This document shows, piece after piece, positions 23,749 to 38,698 of a DNA stretch of 64,000 nt; position 1 is the stretch's first letter, and each line of letters starts with the position of its first letter. A model generated the notes under the pieces. It was not told where the DNA came from. It saw only the letters and a program-made list of their open reading frames with translations, and ran no database searches. Origin of the DNA: the human T2T-CHM13v2.0 reference genome, Homo sapiens; NCBI RefSeq assembly GCF_009914755.1, contig NC_060926.1; one strand, written 5' to 3'. Made by a program: the position numbers and the translations under genes.

Positions 23749-26066
23749 TTAGAAAAGATTGATCCATATTTGAAGTATTTATTTGAATTAGAACTTGATA
23801 TCTGAGAAAAGTATACTCTTGATCTGACTTTTCTGCTCTTGTCAATTATAACATTATAAGGTGCTATGTTTTCAAGCCAGCAAAAGTCACTTGTTGTTCT
23901 CTTATGCACAGACAGGCAGGGAATCTTGGGGCTTACGTACACAGTCTAAAGCTTTATCTTAAGTATTCAAGTGACTTTTATATATATCCATACATATTTG
24001 GTAGTGTTATCATTAGCATGCAGATAAACATGGTAAATTATTATAATACAGGTTAACTTTGTAATGTTGAGTACTCAGCCACTGAGCCGGTCACTTTACA
24101 TTTAATATCTTGTCAATCATTAAAAAATCATAAAAGCTTAAATTATCTTCTTTTTACATAAGAGAAAACTGAGGTTCTCAGAAAGTAAATATTTTGTCTA
24201 AAGTCCAATACTTAGTAAATATAGAGTCCTCGTCAGATCCCAATGCCTGTGTGCCTCCTGCTTTGTAATAATGTTTCTGAAATTTTCCAGAAAATTGTCT
24301 TAAGGACTATCTGGTGATATTTTTGGTCTACTAGGTGGAAAAAATAATCCAAAGGATGAAAACACATGTACTATTTTATTCTAGATCAAATGCTGACTTT
24401 AAAATAGACCCTATATAACAGAGAGTATGAGTAGAATTACTCTATACTTTGATTCACTTTGTTGAATCAAATAAATGAGATGGTATTCTGAGATTGGCCT
24501 CAGATAAATATCTTGATAAATATTAAGACCAGTTCATTTGCATTAATATTGCTGGAAACTTTGGAGCTCAATGCTTTTTCAATGAGTAGCAAAGACCATG
24601 TGGATTCAGGTTGTAGCTACTGTAAGACTTTAGGATCATAAAGCTGAATTAAAAGTACTGATGGGATCTAATGAGTCTCCAGCCATTAGTAAATAGAATA
24701 AGCTATAAAACTTTTTCAATAAAAGTATAACAGAAACAACAGTATTTCACTTAAAAATGAAATATGAACTTATTTTTTCATATATACTCTTTAGTAAATA
24801 TATTTTAACGAATGCATTCACTAGCCTATTTCAGGTCAATCTTACAATGTCTAGCAGTCACAATTAACAAACTAAGGATGGAATTCAAGTTGACAACTGC
24901 TACTTTAAATTATGGTGGTAAAAGAGTACACTGTGTAGTTGGATGTTTTATATTTATCTTTAAAAAGTTGAGCATGTGTTTTGTTGCCAGTCACTGCAGT
25001 AGGCACTTTATGTTCATTATCTCATTTATTCAGATATTGCAGTTAACTTCTTTTATGATGGAAGAAATAAAGACTTAAGGGTTAAGCCATTCATCTAAGG
25101 TCACAAAATTATTAAGTAGCAGAGCCCATATTTAACTGTAGGCTGACTGACTACAAACTTAAATCCTAAATCCCAACTCTATATCAACTTCTCTAGTCAT
25201 ATTGCTTTAGTTAATACTGGAAGAAACCTTGGAGATAACCACATCAAATCCAACCCAAGCCATTTATTTAGCAGGTATTTATATAGTAACATAATTGATT
25301 TCATTTCATTCTCAGAAATAACTACATGCTTCCTAATATTTTTAAAAGAATAGTACTTTCTCCCCATTTCCTTTCTGCTTTAATGTTACCATGAATATGA
25401 GGAGATGGGAGAGTAGTTTACACATTCTCATCTTAAATGAAGCTGAATACCTTCTCACTTAATTTTTACCTATGAAAATTTAAAAATTACTTCTCTTACC
25501 TAAACTTAATTTTGAAAATCACATGGGGAGAAATATTGTAGATACAAGACAGAGAACTCTGGATTTGCTAAAATAATGCTGTCATCATTTTTTTTTTTTT
25601 TTTTTTGCAGTGGCAACTTTTAAGTAATCCTGAAAGCATTAAGAAGCAATGAAGGCAAATCTTATTTTGTATAACTTGAATTTAATTTTCTACTAATATT
25701 TTACATGTTTAAGAAAAACAAGCTTTTATTAAAATTTGAACATTCGAGCAATATACTTCATTGACTGATACATTAATTTAAAAATTCTGAAAATTGTTCA
25801 AGATATCAACTTATACAAAGTCTACCAGGATATTAAAGTACTTACACAAATTTACTGTTTGGTAATCATTTCTTTAAACACTTGGAAGTAGAAGACTTTA
25901 TTAAAAAGGTAAAATTTTAATTAATAGAAGATAGCAACTTTCTAAATAAGACACAAATATTAATGTGAAATATAGTTATTTAAGAAATCAAAAATAATGT
26001 ACATTACTAACAAATCCTCAAAATAAGTCCCATATTTTAAAAGTCACTTCCAATGTATACACATAC

Positions 26067-26128
26067 CTGCTGTTTCATAATCTTTATCTGTTCTTTTTGC
26101 TTCCGCTTCTCCTCAGCAGCCATTATTG
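26067..26128 (-). CDS. BAZ2B: BAZ2B exon W10 (62 nt, phase 1-0), (A)IMAAEEKRKQKEQIKIMKQQ
   Basis: Translated by hand; acceptor tcttgtag|CA, donor CAG|gtatgt. Confidence 0.92.
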
Positions 26129-26239
26129 CTACAAGAAACCAAAGGATAGATATCATCAAAAAGGGAATGAAGAAAAGAAAACTCTTATGAATTCCCCAGT
26201 ACTGACTCTTCGAGTTTATGTTACATTTAAATCACTCAC

Positions 26240-26332
26240 CTTGTTGTTTTTTGGCTTCTTTAGCAACCCGAGCCTGTTCCTGCTTTTGAAGTTTTCTCAA
26301 AAGCTTTATTTGTGCTGCTTGCCTGGCTATTT
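26240..26332 (-). CDS. BAZ2B: BAZ2B exon W9 (93 nt, phase 1-1), (E)IARQAAQ...AKKQQ
   Basis: End of ORF 26232-26504; acceptor tttttcag|AA, donor AAG|gtgagt. Confidence 0.93.
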
Positions 26333-26436
26333 CTGAAAAACACAAAATTTCAAAGAATATTAACAACTTTGTGTAACTACTAACCAAAAACAATAACTGT
26401 GTGAAAATGGTATCATCATAAAGGATACAATTATTA

Positions 26437-26727
<291 letters not shown>

Positions 26728-27289
26728 GAGGATATAATATTTAAGAAAATTGCCTAAGGTCAGACAGATACCAAGTAGAAGAGTGGTGTGGTAGACAACG
26801 TCATGTTCATTCCAACGGAAACTGAATGTTCATTCCAATGGAAATAATCAAATTATTTCATCAAATATGATCCCATATCTAGGACTACATAAAAATGAGG
26901 TTTCTTTTAATCTTTATCAGAGAGGCTTATTTAAGTACATTTTTTTCACATTTCAAGTAAACCCCACTTAGTGGGAAAATAGCTGCTAATATTTTAAGAC
27001 TTGTAATGTAGCTTCAGTCTTAACATATAAAAAAAAAAGAAAGACTCTCAATTAAAACAAATACAAAGTCCCCTCCCACCCAAACTTAGTATTTCAATTA
27101 GCTATAATGGTTAAGTTCCTGAATCCAGTGATATTTTCATTTATGAAGGAGAGGGACTAAATCTCCTAAATAAAAAGAAAGCAGAATTTCAATGACTTTT
27201 AAGGACAACCTAGTTCTTATAATCTTCAAGGATACATGTATGAAACTAGGGTAGATGAACAAAGTTAATGTCCCCAATTCTTCATTTCT

Positions 27290-27705
27290 CCTTTTATCCA
27301 TGACATTTGTAATGTGACTTTGGAGCAATTCCCATCAAGAGGTGGAATATATTTTCCCGTCCCTTGATTCTGAACTCAACCATGTGATTTTCCATGGTTA
27401 AGAGGATGTTAGCAGTTGTGATGAAAACAGAGCTTGAAAGTTTAGTTGTATTCTTTCGGCTTTTGTTCTTGTGCTTTGCCCAAGACTGAAGATATGATTT
27501 GGGGGCTAGGCTATTGGGAGATTGGGACACAGGGAGCAGTTGACCCTACAAATGTGAACAAGCCCAGCCAAGATAAGCAAAGCTGCTTAGCTAATTTCCA
27601 GCTGATTCCATGTGCACAAGTGATTAAGACAGTGTTGTGTGCTACTAAGGTTTGGTGGTTGTTACCAAGCATTACTGTGGCAAAGGGTGTAACAGACACA
27701 GAAAC
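27290..27705 (+). mobile_element. MaLR LTR remnant (MLT1-like)
   Basis: 3' end gctactaaggtttggtggttgttaccaagcatt...aacagacaca typical of MLT1. Confidence 0.6.
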
Positions 27706-27917
27706 CATGTAATATCCTTGCTTTCTTCTGCTGGCAAACTTGGTCTGAATACTTCAAACTCTAAAAGTGGTATATAATATTACTCATATAATCATTTTAG
27801 AAAGCATCACTTTGTATTATACATTGTTTAAATTTTGTAGCCACTGAACAAAGAAACCTAAATTATGTTCATTGACAAGGAACATAATTGCTAACACGTG
27901 AATCACTTGAGCTCTAA

Positions 27918-28269
<352 letters not shown>

Positions 28270-28374
28270 TGTTGTGTTAAATTTACACCACCTTGTTTAA
28301 TGTTCACAGCTACTTAATAAGATCAACATGATTGCCCCGCTTACACAAAAAATAACTAAGGCTCCTAGAGGTTA

Positions 28375-28717
<343 letters not shown>

Positions 28718-29394
28718 CTATATGCCACTATTTCTAAAAATCTTTAAGCAAAGTTTAAATGCCTTAAGATTTTAGCTAAGAACGTAACCATATGTCCTCA
28801 TAACAGCTGAAGTGAAGTTGGTCACTATGGCCAGTTTTCTATCACTGAGACTTTTAAAAAGGAGAAGAGATTAAAAAAGTCGAATTTCATCTAGTAAACT
28901 GGAAGTGTTAATGAAAAATAAAATGGAAGATGATGATAAAGTATTATCTCCAATGTCCCAACCATTTTCAATATTAGGAGGTTACAGGCATCATCAAAAA
29001 TTTCTGGGTCACACAAAAAAGATGTCCTGTTCACTAAATACTCTAGGACATAAAAACCTATAAACTGACCTTCAGGGTCAGCAACCTCTGATAATAATAT
29101 GGGTGAAGAATATTATTCTCATCTATAATAATGCCAGATAAATATTTCTTTAACATTAAGAATTGAAAGTTTTGAATTCTACAATAGAGGCCTGACTCTG
29201 TCTTGAAATGTAAAGATGTGCTGATAAAAATGTTTCCTAGAAAATATGGCATAAGTACGATCTTTTGCTGCAAGCTAAACTGATATTCTCTAATATAAGT
29301 TTAACTTTTAATAAGAAAATTCTATAATATATATAGAACCATGTTTGTGTATGAGCGTATCAATCAATTTCAAGCCCTACACAAGTACACAGTA

Positions 29395-29687
29395 ATTTTT
29401 GTTTATTTGTTTGAGACAAGGTCTTATTCTGTGACCCAGGTGAAGTGGTATGATCATAGCTTGCTGTAGCCTCCAACTCCTGGGCTCAAGTGATCCTCTC
29501 CCCTCAGCCTCCTGAATAACCAGGACTATAGGAGTGCACCACTTTACCCAGCTAATTTTTTAAAAATTTCTTTTTGTGGTCTTGCTTTATTTCCCGGGCT
29601 GGTATTGAACTCCTGGCTTCAAGCAATCCTCTCACCTTGGCCTCCCAAAGTGCTAGGATTACACAGGTATAAGCCACTGTGTCTGGC
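29395..29687 (-). mobile_element. Alu (J-like)
   Basis: Diverged reverse dimer (gatcatagct, ctcctgggctcaag). Confidence 0.88.
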
Positions 29688-29852
29688 CAGTAATTTAAAA
29701 AAATATTTGGGCCAAAAAAATTTAAAAGTTCAACTCACATCTTTTTACTTTAGCAAGAAATATAAAATTTTAACTAATCATTAAAAATTTACATAGATTA
29801 AATTTTACATTATGGGCAGATGGAAAAGAAGATGATGTGAAAAAAAGAAAAA

Positions 29853-30170
29853 GGCCGGGCGCAGCAGCTCACGTCTGTAATCCCAGCACTTTGGGAGGCC
29901 AAGACAGATGGATCACCTGAGGTCAGGAGTTCGAGGCCACCCTGGCCAACATGGTGAAAACCGAACTCTACTAAAAATAGCAAAAATTAGCCGGGCGTTG
30001 TGGTGGGTGCCTGTAATCCCAGCTACTCAGGAGGCTGAGGCAGGAGAATCGCTGAACGCAGGAGGCAGAGGTTGCAGTGAGCTGAGATCGCGCCATTGCA
30101 CTTCAGCCTGGGCAACAAGAGTGAAACTCTATCTCAAAATAAAAATAAAGAAAAAAGAAGAAGAAAAAAA
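29853..30170 (+). mobile_element. Alu (S-like)
   Basis: Full dimer with A-rich tail. Confidence 0.92.
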
Positions 30171-31526
30171 GAGAATACAGAGGAGAGAGAATGAGTTAGA
30201 TACCTAGAAAAGTTCACCCAAGCTATAGAAATAAATTACTTCCAGTATCTTCTCATTTATTTGTTTTTTTTTTGGTTGGTGAATATATTATAATTACCTT
30301 TTGAAATACTAATTTGGAAAGTATCTTTTGTGGCTTAAGAAACTGTCTGCTTTAATTTCAAAGATGAAGTTTATTTTCAGATAGAATTAGAGATATTTTG
30401 GATATAACTCATTTCTTTGATCCTAAGATGCATTTTTAAACATTTTGACATCTCTAAGGTCAGAATGTAACTGATAACTGGCAGCTCTTTTCTTTCTTAG
30501 TGTACATCTTAAAATAACGGTGCATGGTATAGATTACTTATAGGCATCTCAGTTTCAATCGCATATGAAATGAATAGGTGCTACTTCATATTTTGGAAAA
30601 TTTGAGATATTAATAGTATCAGTCAATCAACAAGCAGGTTTATTTATATAGAATGAAAGTCTTTATCATATTCAAACTTGGTCAGATTTTTACCTATATT
30701 CTGAGAAATTAGAGTTCTCATTTCACAACGTTTGGATGTACATTCAAAACTCACATTTATCTCACTATTCTGAAACTTTCTTCAAATTAAGTCTGGTTTT
30801 TCAGTCTAGTTGGTCATAGAAGGATAATAATATACAACAAAAACTTCTTCTAGAATCCTCTCAGATAACCCCCCAAAGTGTTACCAAAGAAGGCTTTTAG
30901 AAATGAAAAAGGTGATAAACTGTTTCATTTTTACTTTCTTTTCTTCACAGGAAAAAATGCAAACAATACTCCATACACTTGTAAATATTAATAGATTATT
31001 TACTTACTGTTAAATAATCTTTATATACATGTTGAGAAAGAGTACATGTAATATACAATAAGGTCAAAGGTAACAGAACTTGCAAAATGCAATCCAATGT
31101 ATTATAACAAGGGTAAACTATGTAATTGAATACAAATCAATTTGAAATCTGGAGGGAGAATAAACATTCGGTAAAAGTTGAATAATTAACTTCTACTTTG
31201 TTACAACAAAAATATAGTTAATTTTCTAAATTTAAATTTGCTATTTTAGATTCTAACTTCTAATGATAATTAGATACGGCAAATATCCATGAAGATCCCA
31301 TGTTTTGATTATCAGTTAATTTCAAACTTTCTTATTTTATGCAAACAATGTCCACATTCCCCAGCATTAAACATTATTCAGAAGGGTCAATAGCTTACTG
31401 ACAATATCAGTTTTTAAAACCCATCTATGCCTGTTAATTTATTGACTTTTTAACCTTCACTAGTAACTCTTTGGGATGAAAGTCTTATAAGAAGCCAAAT
31501 AAAATAAAAAAATCTGACTACCATAC

Positions 31527-31885
31527 TGATATGGTTTGGCTCTGTGTTCGTACCCAAATCTCATCTCAAACTGTAATCCCCACGTGTCAAAGGAGGGACC
31601 TGGTGGGTGGGGATTGGATCATGAGGGGGTTTCCCCCCATGCTGTTCTCATGATAGTAAGTGAGTTCTCATGAGATCTGCTAGTTTTCGAAGTGGTGGAT
31701 TCCCTTGCTCTCTCTCTCTTCTGGGTGCCTTGTGAAGAAGGTGGCTGCTTCCCCTTCCACCATGAGTGTAAGTTCCCTGAGGCCTCCCCAGCCATGCGAA
31801 ACTGTGAGTCAATTAAACTTCTTCCTTTATAAATTACCCAGTCTCGGGTCATAACTTTATAGCAGTGTGAGAATAGACTAATACA
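31527..31885 (+). mobile_element. Solo THE1 (THE1D-like) MaLR LTR with 5-bp TSD
   Basis: tgatatggtttggctctgtg...gactaataca; CATAC at 31522-31526 and 31886-31890. Confidence 0.92.
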
Positions 31886-32237
31886 CATACTAAGATAAAA
31901 AATTTATATGATAACTGCTAGGCAGTTAAGCTATTAGTCAAAGTATGAACTGGAGACAATATTTGCCTGCTATCCATAAAAACTTGAAAATGATTTGTGT
32001 AATATGTTTAGATTTGTATAATATATGCTTAGAAAAGTGTAATATATATTTATTATAATTGTATGATAGTGAAGATCTGGAAGTAGCTTAAATAGTCATC
32101 AAAAAGAGACTGACTCAAGTCCACTTATTTTAAAAATCAAAAAGGATATATATGTATATGTGAGTGGTTGCATGTGTGTGTATGTGTGTACATATTTCTG
32201 GAAAGATTAATTATTCCACTGATAACAATGAGAATGT

Positions 32238-32517
32238 CTTTTATTTATTTCTTTAGAGACAGGGTCTCACTCTGTCAGCCAGGCTGAAGCGCAGTGGCAT
32301 GATCATAGCTCACTGTAACCTTGAATTCCTGGGCTCAGAGGATCCTCCCACATCAGCCTCCACAATAGCTAAGATTAGAGGAGTGTGCCACTACACCTGG
32401 CTAATTTTAAAATTTTATTTGTAGAGATGGGGTCTTGCTTCATTGCCCAGGCTGGTCTTAAATTCCTGGCCTCAAACAATCCTCCCACCTTGGCATCCCA
32501 AAGCATTAAGATTACAT
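32238..32517 (-). mobile_element. Alu (J-like)
   Basis: Diverged reverse dimer. Confidence 0.87.
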
Positions 32518-33550
32518 GTGTCTTTAAAGCATTCTATTCTATGAGTTTTGTCATAGATATTTGTTTTATAATAAAAAACAAAGCAGCAACAGAGAAGTCT
32601 ATATTATGATGGTGTTTACAATGAATAGAATTAAGTCTTTTATACATTTCCTCCACATTTTGCTTATTTATAGGGATAATAAAAAACCCATGAGAAGTAG
32701 TAAAATTCTGTTAGATTTTTAAGTCAATTTTCATTATTAAACCTTTATTTTACATTGTTACATATCTTTATATATATGCCTTGCAAATATAAGGTATCTA
32801 CACATATGTTGATATATTCAGACAGTCTTAAGCGGCTTCACATTTGTAACTAGTGACTCAAACTGCAAAGCCAAACTGTTCTATTTTACTCAGCCTTCTC
32901 TTTGCCATACATAGCATGGGACTTTCATGTTGACATTTTATGTATAATGTCAAATCATTAATACAGTTTAGGTTATTATCAGCACTTTGAGCTTGATAAA
33001 TGATAATTTCTGGTTATCTTAAAGTACTTTTTGATTTTAATGTATTAATTTGTTATTCTGAAAATATATATACTATATCTGGACTACAGGAGAACCCGAA
33101 CTAAAAGACTGGGGTTACTTACCAGTAATTGGAGTTCTCTGACTGAAAATTTACTCCACAGATCCACATATTTTGGAGTTATTCCCATGTACCACCTCAA
33201 GGAATCGGGAGCTGTTAAAATGAGAATTTCCAGAAGGTTGGCACGACCTTAAGGCATGTGCCAAGTGCTGGTTGATTCCCTTTCTGTGCAAGCCTTAAAA
33301 GCTTAACACCCACCTTTGTAATTCTAAATACACAGGATAGGATGTGTTTATGAGTAATGGTTCTTGAAAGATTACCTAATCAAAGAACTCCAGTTACCAG
33401 TGGGACTCCTTATTTTTTCATTTTATTCTAACACAACTATTTACTTTTTAAAAATTGAGAGCAGTGTCAATCCTAAGTCAAAAATATTAGAAATACTTTT
33501 AGTATACTTTTTAGTATGATTATTAGTGTCAGACACATTATGTTTCTTAC

Positions 33551-33761
33551 CTTGAGCTTGCAGTTTTCTTAGCAACTTTGCATCTGCGTTATCTAGGAAT
33601 TCAGCATTGCCAACATTTGGAGGTCGACCTTTCCGACGTCTCATCCTGGATTCCTCTCTTGCTCGTTGTCTATCTGGATTTGGTGGTCTTCCTCTACGAC
33701 CTTCCATTGCCCTGATACGAGGAATGACATCCTCTTCTTTCAAAAGACACCACTGCATTCC
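33551..33761 (-). CDS. BAZ2B: BAZ2B exon W8 (211 nt, phase 0-1), GMQWCLL...KLQAQ, two AT-hook-like GRPP motifs
   Basis: ORF 33441-33758 (RRGRPP, RKGRPP); acceptor attaaaag|GGA, donor AAG|gtaaga. Confidence 0.95.
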
Positions 33762-34613
33762 CTTTTAATTAACATTTTATAGAAATAATATATTACAAAC
33801 AAAATAAACACAAGAGATCAACATGTAAGAAAATTCTAGCTAAAAATCACATATATTTTGGAATTTACAACATTAGTATAAGCTTTAGGAATTTCATTTT
33901 TAAATTAAACTTAGATGTATAATTATTCATGGCCTTTGGCATAGCTTTAATATTCTTACTTTAATGACTTAAGCTTTAATTAAATATATAGATTTGTATC
34001 TGTATCTATAAACGTAGAGATATAAATCTTAATCACCATTTCTGAACTATAATGACCATCGAGTTAGCAGATATTTAAAAATGTTAGTTGTACAATGATG
34101 CCACTATAGATTGCTCTTATGGGTTATCAGTTAAACCAAAACACTAAGCTACCCAAATAATACATGAAAGTTTCTCTTTATAAATATTACAGCTAACAAA
34201 TTAAGACAGAAAGAGTTAGAATATCAGGATTCTGCAATACCTAATAAATTAGTTAATTGAAGAATTGAACTTGAATGGTTGCCTATCATCAAAAAGAGAC
34301 ACAACTAGACAGGTATCAGCCTCCTGATGGAGGCTCATACAATCACCTATAAAATAGTACTGCCCCTCACACACACACAAAAATCAAACCTGGATTTGAT
34401 CAAGCCTCTAGATTTAATTACAATAACTTTAAAAGAAACACGGAAGTATAAGTTAAACTATACGGCAAAATCCATTCTGTGGGAAATTCTGTAAATGACC
34501 TAGTTTCTTCAACAAATGTTGCAAGAAGTAAGAAAACTGTAGGAAGTTTAAATGAACCTTAAAATATGTATCAAACAAGCCCAATTTGTGGACCTTACTT
34601 GGATACTTATTTA

Positions 34614-34955
<342 letters not shown>

Positions 34956-35034
34956 TTAAGAAAATTTGAACAATAAAGAGACAACTGAAAATGTGAGCAA
35001 TGACTGAGAGTTGATGATATCAAGAACGTATCAA

Positions 35035-36112
35035 TGTAAATAAGTACAACCACTATGGAGAACAGTTCGGAGGTCGCTCAAAAAACTAAAAATAGAGCTA
35101 CCATATAATTCAGCAATTCCACTGCTCTGTATATATCTAAAAGAAAGGAAATGAATATACTGAAGAGGTGTCTGCACTCCCATGTTTGCTGCAGCACTGT
35201 TCACAATAGCCAAGATTTAGAGGTAACCCATATGTCAGATGGATAAAGAAAATGTGGTAAACATACACTACACAATGGAGTACTTATTCAGCCATAAAGA
35301 AAAATGAGATCCTTTCATTTGCAACAACATCATGGATGGAACTAGAGAATATCACGTTAAGTGAAATAAGCCTGGCCCAGAAAGGTAAGTTTTGCATGTT
35401 CTCACTTATTTGTGGGAGCCAAAAATTAAAACAATTGAACTCAACAGAGATAGAGAGCAGAATGATAGTTACCAGAGGCTGGGAAGGATAGTGAGAGGAG
35501 AGGGGCAAGGGAGTGAAGATGGTTAATAGTTATAAAAAATATGTGGGTAAAATAAATAAGATCTAGTATTTGATAGCACAACATGGTGACTACAATCAAC
35601 AATAATTTATCATACATTTAAAAAAACCTAAAAGAGTATAACTGGATTGTTTGTAACACAAAGAAAGGATAAATGCTTGAGGTGATGAATACCCCATTTA
35701 CTCTGATGTTATTATTTTGCACTGTATGCCTGTATCAAAATATCTCATGTGGCCGGGCGCGGTGGCCCACGCCTGTAATCTCAGCATGTTGGGAGGCTGA
35801 GGCGGGTGGATCTCCTGAGGTCAGGAGTTTGAGAACAGCCTGGCCAACATGGTGAAACCCCGTCTCTACTAAAAACACAAAAATTAGCTGGGCACGGTGG
35901 CGGGTGCCTGTAGTGCTAGCTACTTGGGAGGGTGAGACAGGAGAATGGCTTGAACTCGGGAGGCGGAGGTTGCAGTGAGCCGAGATGGAACCACTGTACT
36001 CCAGCCTGGGTGACAGAGCGAGACTCCACCTCAAAAAAAAAAAAAATATTCTCATGTACCCCATATATATATACCTATTATGTACTCACAACAATGAAAA
36101 AAATTAAAAAGA
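35035..36112 (+). mobile_element. L1MA-like 3' end interrupted by an Alu (35751-36046)
   Basis: L1 3' motifs on both sides; Alu flanked by aaaatat(t)ctcatgt. Confidence 0.88.
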
Positions 36113-36381
36113 AATTATATATTAAAAGTATAATAGTGGTACTGTGGTTATGAGTCCTTATCTTTTAGAGACACAAATGGAACCATTCCTTCAACAAATT
36201 TTGGAAGGGAGAAGTAGATGAGGGTATATGTAAAACAGTATTGGTCAAAATGATAATTCCTAAAACTTATGATGGGTACAAGGTCTATATTATCAGTCCA
36301 TCTATTTCTGTATATATTTGAGATTTCTCATCATAAGCCTCCTAGTGGAGGCACATGCCAACACAATGCTAGTGTATCTGC

Positions 36382-36720
<339 letters not shown>

Positions 36721-38381
36721 TCAAAACAAATACACTGTTATATTACCTTATAGTCCAAAATAATATGTTCAGATATAGGAGACATCTTTTAAAAATAATT
36801 GTCTTATTATTTCTTTTTAAGAGTTAATTCCTTCAGTATGAAGGTTAAGGAAATTTTTAAAACGTGTTTTTCTCTAAAAATATCCTCAAAGTAGAAATTT
36901 TGGTTGAGTCACTAGAAGAAACTGTGCAACCAAAAATAACCCAAAGTTCTTGAGTTTTACGTTATAACATGATTTGCCTAACCTGGGGCAAGAAGTCTAT
37001 GAATATCGCAGTTAATGGGTACTAAATTGTACGTGATTATGGATAATAGCTACATCTCACATTCTAAGTATTGTGCTTTGTTCCAGATACTTTGAATAGA
37101 CTATACACTTTAATCTTCACAACATTTCTATCTCATATGGTGGGTTTTATCGTCTTTACAATTGAGGAAATTCAGGCTGAGTGAGGTTGAATAGACAGCA
37201 AAGAACAGACTGTGATTCAAACCCATGACTGTCTCACTCTAAAACCTGTGCTCCTGACCACTATGGGTACTTGATGTTATAAAGATGTTCTTATACCTGA
37301 TAAGTGACAGATCATAACATTTAGCCATGAAAGCACAGCCAAGATTATGTCAAGAAAAGACCGTCAGAAAAAAACTAATGCATATGTTCATATATACATA
37401 TGCTAAAAATAACATCTATACTAACTCCTTTCAGTAATTCTTATCTTAAAGATAATTTTAAAAATTAATTCTGAGGAAAATGAAAATTTTTTGCTGAGAT
37501 TCCAAATAAAGTCAATAGGAACAATAGTTGTACAAAGTGTACTTTTAGGCCATAAGCCACTAAAAAGGAAGATATCAGCATAGTTTTATGTCAGGTTATG
37601 TTCACCAGCATGGGAAGCTTTTGATTAGTTTAGGTTTTCATTTTTTTATTATGTTCTTAAGCACCAAGGCAGCATGTATCATATAACTTGTAAAATATAA
37701 AGGTAACATTCATGATACTTGGAAGAGAAGAGTGACTACTAAAAGTCTGTAAACAAATCTGCATTTGGTTTTTAAAGTATCTTATTAATAACAAAATCAA
37801 TTTTTGGCCAAAATTTTAAGAGTTCTGTCAACTTTTCTTATCCAATTTTTACATAGTTACATTTTTATTCAGCTAGGAAAATACACCTGTGTCAAAAGAG
37901 GAACAAAATATGTTGGTGCCTAGAACTTAGCAGACAAATATAGTGACCATATCATTCACATTTTTGCCCTTGGCATTTAAAAAGTAAATACTTTCTAAAG
38001 GGATTGCATATACTGGATTATGTATAATGTCTTCTGAATCTTAGATTTTAGAAAATGAGAAAAGAATCATTAGGAAAATCTGAAACTTATACAACAGCTT
38101 TAATTCATTGAAGAGCCAAAATAATTGTGGGTGAGAACAAGTAGTATTTTTCTCAATAAATTTTTCCTCAGGAAAAGCAAATACAATTTACATCATTTGA
38201 TTCACATGCCATTGGCTTTTTATCTATCAGAAGTTATATATCAAAAGAATTTAATTCTTTTTTCTTGATTTCTAAGACTTAAAATAGTAAATATTTGCTG
38301 AAAATAATTTTTGTTGACTAAGATTTTTAAAATATGGATAAGAAAAGATGATCAACAAGATGGAGATAGCAAAAGATTAGG

Positions 38382-38698
<317 letters not shown>

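Noticed and set aside
26803-26844. 19-bp near-tandem duplication atgttcattccaa(c/t)ggaaa
   Set aside because: Ordinary slippage-type duplication with no functional context
30925-30960. Strong plus-strand acceptor-like tract (ttactttcttttcttcacag)
   Set aside because: No partner donor or other sign of an antisense transcript; expected by chance in AT-rich DNA
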